From Oligoflexales bacterium (lineage in GTDB: Bacteria; Bdellovibrionota_B; Oligoflexia; Oligoflexales; Bog-1112), in assembly GCA_045105515.1 (NCBI GenBank), contig JBGCDR010000097.1, forward strand, positions 1 to 10,650: 10,650 bases of DNA. The letters run 5' to 3'. This document shows positions 1 to 7,228 of this stretch, piece by piece. Within the stretch, counting starts at the first letter, position 1. Every line of letters begins with the position of its first letter. Made by a program: the position numbers and the translations under genes. A model generated the notes under the pieces. The model saw nothing but the letters and a program-made list of their open reading frames with translations, searched no databases and was not told where the DNA came from.

Positions 1-37
1 TCTCATACCTTTGCTCATAAGTGAGATTGGCAGACAT
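1..37 (-). CDS. 5' end of a gene running off the window (MSANLTYEQRYE...), possibly an IS30-like transposase or other HTH protein
   Basis: On the minus strand AAGAAAGGGGTATTT (SD-like) directly precedes ATG at 37-35, and the frame is open to the edge. LTxEQRYE resembles the LTxEERxxI start of IS30 HTH domains, but only 12 codons are visible. Confidence 0.35.
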   Translation of the reverse strand, partial: MSANLTYEQRYE

Positions 38-388
38 AAATACCCCTTTCTTGCAAGCAGATTAGCCTCATAGACTAAACTAAATCCGCCTTCCGAAGCG
101 ATGGAATTTTTTCTTCTGCACTTAATCTAGCAATCCGCCAAACAATAAGCTCTTGTTCGACGGTGTTTGATTCTATTTCATCCAAAGTATCTTCATCTTA
201 GATTAGCTGATAAAGATTGCGATCGATGGGCCGGTGGCAACCCGGTAGAACAATAAAAATGTAAAGACTATTTTGATATTTCCTATCTTTATTTTTGAGC
301 CTTTGTGTAGATTTAGTTACGATTCAGCAGGTGGACGAAAATATATATATTCTGATAAGATATATTGTACCTAAATTATGGAGTATTT

Positions 389-820
389 ATGGGCGAGCTA
401 TCTAATGAAACCAAACTTTCTGACAAAGTATATAAAATATTGATTGTGGATGATGATCAAAATTTAATTGATTCAGTCGCTTTAATTATTAAAAGCGAGA
501 TTATAGAAAGAATATCGATTCATGAGTCGACAGATGCGGAAGATGCTATGAATTCAGCCTCCAAAAATAAATACGACTTGATGATTATAGACTATAAACT
601 TCCAAAAATTAATGGTGATGAGTTAATAAGATATGTAAGAAATTCTGATTTAAACAAAGAATGTCCGATTATTTTTGTGTCAGGCTATTATACCCAATTT
701 GAAGATTCAAAAGTCGTGGATAGTTTCAAAAAAGTCATTTATATTAAAAAACCTTTTAATGTTAATCACTTATCGAAACATCTCAAATCACAGCTATTTT
801 CATCTAATAAAGAGCTATAA
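389..820 (+). CDS. Single-domain response regulator receiver (CheY-like), 143 aa
   Basis: ILIVDDD acidic pocket, DLMIIDYKLP phospho-Asp, IIFVSG (conserved S/T), YIKKPF (conserved K-P); no output domain. Start moved from TTG 365 to ATG 389 because GGAG at 380-383 precedes it. Confidence 0.93.
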   Translation: MGELSNETKLSDKVYKILIVDDDQNLIDSVALIIKSEIIERISIHESTDAEDAMNSASKNKYDLMIIDYKLPKINGDELIRYVRNSDLNKECPIIFVSGYYTQFEDSKVVDSFKKVIYIKKPFNVNHLSKHLKSQLFSSNKEL

Positions 821-901
821 GCAGTAGTAATTGAGAAAACACCCGATAAATGACCTAGGTATTATATCGGTAGCCATATATACTTTTTGCAGGATCAAAA
901 T

Positions 902-1306
902 ATGAATAAGACCTATCAATTATTGATAATAGAAGACGATGAAGCTTCGCGAAGACTACTGGAACGAAGCTTGTCAGCCTATAAAGCACTCAATCTCAAA
1001 GTGCACTCTTTTGTAAATGCGGAAAATGGCATTGCAAGTTGTAAAAATTATGATTATGATTTGATAATTACAGACTATAAATTGCCAGGTATGGATGGTT
1101 TTGAGTTTATTAAAGAGTTTCGCAAATTAGTAGGGGATGATTCTATCCCTATCATTTTCCTCTCGGGATTCTTTAAAGAATTAAAAATGGAAAACAATAA
1201 ACATCATTTTGAAAATGTCATGTTCTTAGATAAGCCTTTCGATATGGAAAAACTTTTTTCTAGAATTTCGATACTTCTTCGAATTAGTCATTATTCTAAT
1301 ATCTAG
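902..1306 (+). CDS. Single-domain response regulator receiver (CheY-like), 134 aa
   Basis: LLIIEDD, DLIITDYKLPGMDG, IIFLSG and FLDKPF receiver motifs. AGGA at 891-894 precedes ATG 902. Confidence 0.93.
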   Translation: MNKTYQLLIIEDDEASRRLLERSLSAYKALNLKVHSFVNAENGIASCKNYDYDLIITDYKLPGMDGFEFIKEFRKLVGDDSIPIIFLSGFFKELKMENNKHHFENVMFLDKPFDMEKLFSRISILLRISHYSNI

Positions 1307-1448
1307 TTAACCATATGAGACTACTCGAATTATATTTAGTCCCAGTACCAGTGACAATGTTATTTTTTAGACCGAAGATGGGTTTAACCAAAAGAATATT
1401 GACATAAAATGCGATAACTTTTAAAGATTTTGATTTTGATACCTAAGC

Positions 1449-2685
1449 CTATTTATTTAGATCTGCCCTGTCGCGACAAAATTTGCGCATTTTTGCTTCG
1501 CTGCCGATCTTATACTTTCCACCTTTATCAAGGATAGCTTCATTATTTCATAATATCCTTTTGTAGAAGCAAAATCAGCGGGATACCGGCCTTTTTGGTT
1601 TATTAAATTAAAATCTGCATTATCATCCAGTCCCTCATTTAAAAGCTCTAAATCTTTGTATTTATTTGCTGCATGAAGAGGATAATCATCTTATTTGTTT
1701 CTAAGCCTGAATCATAGCCGCTTAAACATGAGGCTATTGATTTCTGAGATCCTGAAAATACCTTAGTGGTGATTGGGCAAGCAGAAGTGTTCGAAGCTAT
1801 TTGATTATTTTTAGTATTTGCAATTTTTGCTGCAATTGCAGCGACAATTACAAGGGAATGTTTCTTTTCTACCCATTTTTTAAGACTACCTTCGGAGGTT
1901 CAGCAAATGAGAAATTCACTGAAATCAACTATGTCAGACATTGAAAAAGCACAAAAAGCTTGTAAAGCTGAGCCAGCAAAACCGATGGAAACTGCGTTCA
2001 AGACAGATCCCATAAAGTTTACACCTGACTCTATAGCCATTTTTCTTTGTAAACTGCTTTTCAAGCTATTTGTATTAATATTTTTTTGAAGTGCTTGAAT
2101 ACCTTTAATAGCAGTGGTATTGGCTATAACTGCCTCTTGCAGATCTTTAATAAAAAATACATTCTTTGTATTGTTTAACTCTCCGCGACGATCAAATCTA
2201 ATTTCTTGCTCTTTGCTGCTTACCCCATCTTCGCAAGATTTATCTAAAATTAGCCTGAAAATAGTCCATTGATTTTCATTAGAGGTGAACTTAGCAGACA
2301 TTGATAAACCATTTTGGATAAAGCCATTTCTCTGTTCCAAGTCTATAGATCCGGTTCGGTAAGAATAAATCACAAATGAGTAGAAAAATTTCATTTGATG
2401 GACATCTTCAATCAGTCCTGAAAGCTCATCTAGTTTCTTAAGTAAATCAATTATGCCAGTGCTTTCTTCAATGAGTTTTTTGTAAAATAAGCTTAGGTGT
2501 TTTTGCTGTTTTTTTCCATATTCAATGTAAACTTGTGAGACTGGGCTAAAATCAGAAATATAGTTTTCTTCAAGCGCATTAATCTGCAGATTGCTGAGGC
2601 GAGAGAGGGGACTAAGGTCTGTCATCTAGATAATCAATGTGAGGTTTACAAGTCCTGATAGAGGGCTAAGGTCAGAGACAGCCAA
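1449..2685 (-). pseudogene. Disrupted gene: internalin-like LRRs, helical/coiled-coil region, C-terminal ankyrin repeats
   Basis: In frame upstream of the 2625 ATG: LAVSDLSPLSGLVNLTLII* then TDLSPLSRLSNLQINALEENYISDFSPV (xDLSPLxxLxNL LRRs). Past the TGA at 1902-1900, protein-like sequence continues through frameshifts near 1810, 1692 and 1534. 1690-1535 reads DDYPLHAANKYKDLELLNEGLDDNADFNLINQKGRYPADFASTKGYYEIMKL and the shifted frame continues LDKGGKYKIG...LNK* (stop 1451-1449), giving about two ankyrin repeats. Confidence 0.8.
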
Positions 2686-2724
2686 TTATTTCAATGAATT
2701 TATTGCCTAAAATGTCTAAAAAAA

Positions 2725-2740
2725 ATCATAAAAATATGAT
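2725..2740. promoter_or_regulatory. Palindrome ATCATA-N4-TATGAT within A-tracts, possible operator or -10 element
   Basis: Perfect 6-bp inverted repeat upstream of the LRR/ankyrin pseudogene; reads TATGAT on both strands. The very AT-rich context weakens it. Confidence 0.2.
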
Positions 2741-2999
2741 AAAAAAAAATTAAGTTTAACCTAAAAAATATCTCAAAGATTACTGTTATTTTAAATGGTA
2801 GTTCTCTAGTCCTTAGCAATCAAAGGCTCACATTTTCCTTGTAATCTGATGTTTTTGATTTAGCAGGTAATAAATCTCAGTTTTTAAGATTCCCTACTAA
2901 ACTATCCAAGGGCTATTTTTTAGATCAGTGATTAATTCTGACGACTAACCAAATCTACAATCTTGGACTTGGTAATCAGCTAACTATAAGTAGACGGCC

Positions 3000-3270
3000 T
3001 CATAAATTACTTATGAACTGCTCAAGATGTCTTTGATCTTCGAGATTCATATTGAGATACTGAACTCAAGGATCACCGTTATATCAGGTTTTTCACCTCT
3101 GATAGCGAGACAGATTGCTAATTCAACAGAATTGGGATTAACTATTCTGAGCACTTTTGCCTGAAAGTTTATAGACTTTGGTGGGTATTCAGCCGTAAAT
3201 CAATACACAGCTCTAGTAGTTGATCTTTTTCAATTGACAAGCGATTGATATCTACTAATAATTGTCCGGA
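3000..3270 (-). pseudogene. PilZ-like domain remnant with two single-base frameshifts
   Basis: Three consecutive frames join (shifts near 3196 and 3067) to SGQLLVDINRLSIEKDQLLELCIDL / TAEYPPKSINFQAKVLRIVNPNSVELAICLAIRGEKPDITVIL / (G)VQYLNMNLEDQRHLEQFISNL* (stop 3002-3000). This matches the PilZ C-terminal pattern LxLxIxL...IxxxAxVxRx...GVxFxxxxxxxxxxLxxFI. The RxxxR motif is not seen. Confidence 0.6.
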
Positions 3271-4640
3271 TCACTTTTGAGGTTTACGACTTTGGAATAA
3301 AACTTTCCTATATTACTACTTTCTGCATAGGGTGTTGGTTTTACTCCTGCTTCAAAAAGATAATACTTGTCGGCTAAATAACCTTCACCAGCTGCGGCAT
3401 ATTGCTCATTTACTTGCCAAACGCGGTGACAATTAGCTAGCTCAGCACAGACATCTTGAGCCTTTTCTAAACTGTCAAAAGATCTTTTGTTGCCATCATT
3501 TTTTATAACCTTTGCATGTCCGTCCTTGTCAGGAAACATAGAAACATCACTTGATGTCCACAAGAAATGAAAGGTTCCTCTTTTTAAAATATATTTTAAG
3601 TCATAGTCTTTTGTATTAATTTCTATTCCCGCTTTAAAAAGATAGAAAAAGCCGTATGAAAGGCGCTCCGAACCAAAGATTGGATTAACTCCTGCCGCTG
3701 GTGTCCAGACTGCTGCACAATTGTCAAGTATTTCACACTCAGTTTTGGCCTCTTCAAGAGTGTTAAATATTATATTTAAATTATCTTTGTCTCTAATCAA
3801 AATATTTTCTACTTTTAGGGGGTTCCCCCTAGTATCTCTATATGTCCAATTTTTATCCATAAAATTAACTATCTCTTTCTCCACGGTTTCTGATAAATCT
3901 AGAGAAAACGAAATTAATTCGGTAAATTTTAGCTCTTCATCTGTTTTACTCTTTGCTTCTACAAATACCTTAAATTCCTTTGCGGTTAAAGTTTCCAATG
4001 ATTGCAACTTGTCATCAACTAACTTAAATAAAGCATTATCATTTTTGTCTTCTGTATCAACAAGAGAAAAAGTATATTCAATGTCGTTGGCATTGACCAC
4101 CTCGAAGCTACCTATTAAATTATCTTCACCCACTGAGGAGCTTACCTGAAAAGTAATACTTTTTTCCGACTCTTCAGATGTATTTTCTGCAAAACTCAAG
4201 GTAAGTGTAGACTCAAATTCATTAGTTCCATGCTGAGCTTTTATTTTTAGAGTAAAGCTTTTGTTAGTATCTATTTCATTGCTATTTATGATATGGGAAC
4301 TGTTTAGCTCGAATAGCTCATAGTCAGTTCCATCACTATTTAAAATCTGAAAATCTATTTTTAAATCTGAGGAATTGCCATCGGACAATACTGCATTTAG
4401 GGCAGCAATCTTTGTATTGGGTTCAATTGGATTTTCTTGCTTATTAACTAAAATATCTACGTTTATATCTTTAATTTCTTTGGTTTTATCATCATCTTCT
4501 GTATCTTGGCCTTGCCCTTCACTGTCAAACTTCTCCCCATCCTGCTCCGTCCTCATTTGATCGGTATCCTGACGACTTTGCTCACTACTTTGATTGCAAG
4601 AGAATAAAAGAAAAAATAAGCAAAAAAAATGGTATTTCAT
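3255..4640 (-). CDS. Lipoprotein with two cadherin-like domains and two tandem C-x5-C repeats (putative adhesin), 461 aa
   Basis: GGAG at 4653-4650 precedes ATG 4640. MKYHFFCLFFLLFS-C lipobox (Cys15), then an acidic linker. YTFSLVDTEDKNDNALFKLVDDKLQS and IDFQILNSDGTDYELFELNSSHII resemble bacterial cadherin repeats. The C-terminus has two similar units FxxLExAxxxCxxLxNCxxVW...YLFxAG. Confidence 0.85.
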   Translation of the reverse strand: MKYHFFCLFFLLFSCNQSSEQSRQDTDQMRTEQDGEKFDSEGQGQDTEDDDKTKEIKDINVDILVNKQENPIEPNTKIAALNAVLSDGNSSDLKIDFQILNSDGTDYELFELNSSHIINSNEIDTNKSFTLKIKAQHGTNEFESTLTLSFAENTSEESEKSITFQVSSSVGEDNLIGSFEVVNANDIEYTFSLVDTEDKNDNALFKLVDDKLQSLETLTAKEFKVFVEAKSKTDEELKFTELISFSLDLSETVEKEIVNFMDKNWTYRDTRGNPLKVENILIRDKDNLNIIFNTLEEAKTECEILDNCAAVWTPAAGVNPIFGSERLSYGFFYLFKAGIEINTKDYDLKYILKRGTFHFLWTSSDVSMFPDKDGHAKVIKNDGNKRSFDSLEKAQDVCAELANCHRVWQVNEQYAAAGEGYLADKYYLFEAGVKPTPYAESSNIGKFYSKVVNLKSDPDNY

Positions 4641-4732
4641 GTATAAAGGCTCCACACATTTAAATTCTCGAAGATCAAAGCTTCTTCAACATAATTAATA
4701 TCTCTACAACTAATAGTTTGAGGTAACCTTAC

Positions 4733-4740
4733 TTATCGGC
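4733..4740 (-). promoter_or_regulatory. Possible sigma-28 (FliA)-type -10 element GCCGATAA
   Basis: Exact match to the sigma-28 -10 consensus about 90 bp upstream of the lipoprotein start, in the right orientation. No TAAA -35 at the expected 15-bp spacing. Confidence 0.25.
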
Positions 4741-4823
4741 GAAAGTCTATTTTCGACAACATATATTTTGTAAATGACTATTATATATGGGTTTATGTAA
4801 GGACTTGAATCAGCATAAAAAGC

Positions 4824-5015
4824 TTGGAATGGTATTCCGTTTATCTTGAAGGCATCGAGTTGAATCATGAGTCAAGTTCTGTAAGCAGAATCGTAACCTC
4901 GATCACAGATGCTCAGAGGAATAGTGACTACGAGCAACTCAAAAATAATACATTAAAATTATGCAAATGCGTTATAAAAATGGACCAAAAAGCAGAAAGG
5001 ATTTCTCCTCACTGA
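4824..5015 (+). other. Short ORF or gene fragment of unknown status (63 aa)
   Basis: TTG start with no clear SD and no recognisable motif; may be a decayed gene fragment or spurious. Confidence 0.15.
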
Positions 5016-5105
5016 AATCATTGAAGTCTGCTACATCTCACCGCATATTTACATTCCAACTGAATCTACCTGCTCTTTAAAAAGTCTGGGGATTAGAATT
5101 ACTGT

Positions 5106-5365
5106 CTGAATACCAAGAAAATTGGTTAAACTTACGATCTAAATTTTCCCCGATTGATTACCTTCAAGACAATAAATCCCAACATCACCCTTGCGAATAA
5201 AAAGGATTACTTGACCGTGGCAGTTTTTGAGAACCATCCTCCAGAAATTTATCTTTTAACCCATCTTCTTAAATCGCGACATAGTAGATTTGTGGAAATT
5301 TTACTAAAATATTTTTTTGTTGGTAATGACATTGAACATATTGTAATTGGTATAACGGCTGATAT
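5106..5365 (-). pseudogene. Degraded paralog of the TIGR02594-like hydrolase at 6229-6702
   Basis: 5246-5106 translates FWRMVLKNCHGQVILFIRKGDVGIYCLEGNQSGKI*IVSLT--NFLGIQ versus FWRVTPKEWCGHVSVFIREDETGIYCLGGNQIGKVQIVSYSKNNLLGIR in the intact gene (26 of 49 columns identical, counted by hand). TAG at 5141-5139. Weaker upstream matches: SRFKKMG* vs ARSYLKIGE, CSMSLPTK vs CEVSIPPK. Confidence 0.85.
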
Positions 5366-5393
5366 CTTTTTAACGAATTGTAAGGGAAAAGTT

Positions 5394-6206
5394 ATGCTCA
5401 AGCTGATGCTGTTGTCTTTTGTTATGCTAAGCGATGGTTTTGTGCCCAAAAAAAACATTCACCTTGTCTCCAATCCCTATCCACATTCAGAAGTGACTGA
5501 AAGTTCAAGATTGTGTGCCTATCATCGTGATGTCCAAAAAATTGAAAACGCAAAAACAAACGTTGATATTAAAAATATATTTTGTACTGTAAATAAGCAA
5601 TTGTTGAAAGTTGGCCTTTATTTACCAGGATTAGCCCTTACAGGTGCTGGTGTTGGAACAACATTTGGTGGTCTGATCTTAGGAACTTTCATACCTCCCA
5701 TTGGTGAACCAATAAAAGCCGCCGGAATAATGGTTGGTATTGTGGGCGTCGCATTAGCAGATCTAGGTGGTGATGATGGATATTCAATTTATTCTGATGA
5801 AAGCTGTTACCAGAAGGCTCTTCATCAGAAATACTACATGCCACTTAACCTCCTAAGTGATCAAATCCAGGAATTGAAGTCTCAAATTGAAACTGAAATG
5901 AGTTCATCCAATGAACTAGTCTCTTTTAACAAAAAACATGCCAAGTCTATTATGGCAAATGGCTTGAATAAAAGTTCGCCAAAAGCGGAACTTTTATTTG
6001 ATAGAATATTTGCCTCTGAAGATAGCACCATACTCGCCTCTGATTTTGTCGAAAAAACTCGCGAACTCAGAGAAGAGTCCTATATGCTTCTAGGTCTTAA
6101 CAATGATGAAGGCCTTAATGTGATGATGAATGCAGTTATTCTTGACTTTTACAATGAATGCTTGGTCTTTGATCCAGAGTCACAAATCTCATTTCAATTG
6201 GAGTGA
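5394..6206 (+). CDS. Putative exported/membrane protein with Gly-rich hydrophobic hairpin and coiled coil, 270 aa
   Basis: AAGGGA precedes ATG 5394, and MLKLMLLSFVMLSDG is signal-like. The hydrophobic stretch VGLYLPGLALTGAGVGTTFGGLILGTFIPPIGEPIKAAGIMVGIVGVALADLGG (5610-5771) is followed by heptad-like LNLLSDQIQELKSQIETEM. Confidence 0.8.
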   Translation: MLKLMLLSFVMLSDGFVPKKNIHLVSNPYPHSEVTESSRLCAYHRDVQKIENAKTNVDIKNIFCTVNKQLLKVGLYLPGLALTGAGVGTTFGGLILGTFIPPIGEPIKAAGIMVGIVGVALADLGGDDGYSIYSDESCYQKALHQKYYMPLNLLSDQIQELKSQIETEMSSSNELVSFNKKHAKSIMANGLNKSSPKAELLFDRIFASEDSTILASDFVEKTRELREESYMLLGLNNDEGLNVMMNAVILDFYNECLVFDPESQISFQLE

Positions 6207-6228
6207 TGCCCGCCTAAAAACTTATTCT

Positions 6229-6702
6229 TCAAAAACTTAAATTATTTTTTTTCATGGATTTCGACTGAATCCCAAGAAATATAATGTAAGATAAGTATGG
6301 CATTTGGTATTCAAATTCTTTTCTAATCCCTAGAAGATTATTCTTGCTATAACTCACAATCTGCACTTTGCCTATTTGGTTCCCACCTAAGCAATAGATA
6401 CCTGTTTCATCTTCTCTTATGAAGACGCTCACATGCCCACACCATTCTTTGGGGGTAACCCTCCAGAACACAACGATATCCCCTATTAAAGGTTCATAAA
6501 CTGGCTCCCCAATCTTGAGATATGATCTTGCAACTTGAGGTCTGGGAGGCAACTCGTAGCCAATTTCAGAAAGTAAACTTCCCACTAACACGCCACACCA
6601 ATTAGCCTTTGGAGGTATTGATACCTCACATTGATTCGCATACTCTGGATTATATTTTGTCCCGTAGGCTGAAAGGGCACCAAGAATAATCTGATTATCC
6701 AT
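6229..6702 (-). CDS. TIGR02594-like protein (CHAP/NlpC-P60 superfamily, putative peptidoglycan hydrolase), 157 aa
   Basis: Family motifs NWCG (catalytic Cys), ARSYLKIG, PxxGDIVVFWR, GHV (catalytic His), LGGNQ and LLGIR. ATG 6702 is preferred over 6735 because GGGTGG precedes it and it overlaps the upstream frame's stop (ATGGATAA). Confidence 0.88.
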   Translation of the reverse strand: MDNQIILGALSAYGTKYNPEYANQCEVSIPPKANWCGVLVGSLLSEIGYELPPRPQVARSYLKIGEPVYEPLIGDIVVFWRVTPKEWCGHVSVFIREDETGIYCLGGNQIGKVQIVSYSKNNLLGIRKEFEYQMPYLSYIIFLGIQSKSMKKNNLSF

Positions 6703-7174
6703 TGACCCACCCGATAATTCTGCTGTTAACTTCATGAGGGAACTTGGTTTCTACGCCTTCCTGCTCCAAATAAATTTCATTATCAATTACCCTGCAGCGC
6801 ACTCCGTAAGACTTAAGGCTTGCAGAAACCTGGGAATGCTCTCTTCAGCTTAAGCAAACCAAGTTTTCACTCCCGTAATATGAAGATTTTCCTATTCTGC
6901 ACCTAAAATCATATTCTAAGCAATCACATTCTCCATTTTCACCCGTCAAATGCAAGAGGATCACCCCACTACACTGAGAATACTCAGAAAGAATTTTGAT
7001 TTTTTCTCCATTCTTGATAAAGGATTTCTCAAATCGATCGATGGATAGGTTGGCATCAAGCTTTCTTTTGAAGGCGTTAAGGGGCTCTAAGTTTTTAGAA
7101 TGCCCTGAAACCCTTTGCTCTAAGCTATCTGTCTTGCTTGTGTAAGTATTCTGCTCGGACTCAGTCTTGGCTGA
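6695..7174 (-). pseudogene. 5'-truncated unknown gene with one internal TGA, coupled to the hydrolase gene
   Basis: 160-codon frame (SAKTESEQ...ENLVCLS*REHSQV...SRIIGWVNG*) with a single internal stop (TGA 6847-6845). Its TAA (6697-6695) overlaps the hydrolase start. No start codon at the 5' end. Confidence 0.55.
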
Positions 7175-7228
7175 CTATTAACTTTTACATCTGTCTTAAA
7201 ATTCGTGCTTATTTGAAAATTGATATTG

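Noticed and set aside
1399..1427. Perfect TTGACA -35 box
   Set aside because: No good -10 at 16-18 bp and no plus-strand gene downstream.
1907..2089. 60-aa plus-strand ORF
   Set aside because: Antisense shadow of the LRR/ankyrin pseudogene.
3721..4560. Plus-strand ORFs 3721-4149 and 4375-4560
   Set aside because: Ser/Leu/Phe-rich antisense shadows of the lipoprotein gene.
4824..5015. HPt-like appearance of the short ORF
   Set aside because: No His in an H-x-L-K-G context; similarity too weak.
5154..5393. 80-aa N-terminal extension of the 350-aa ORF
   Set aside because: It lies mostly antisense to the decayed hydrolase paralog; ATG 5394 has an SD and begins a signal-like peptide.
5249..5458. 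69-aa minus-strand ORF
   Set aside because: Partly antisense to the 5394 gene and partly scraps of the decayed paralog; not an independent gene.
6845..6847. Selenocysteine or alternative genetic code at the internal TGA
   Set aside because: TGA terminates other genes here, TGG is used for Trp, and no convincing SECIS hairpin was seen.
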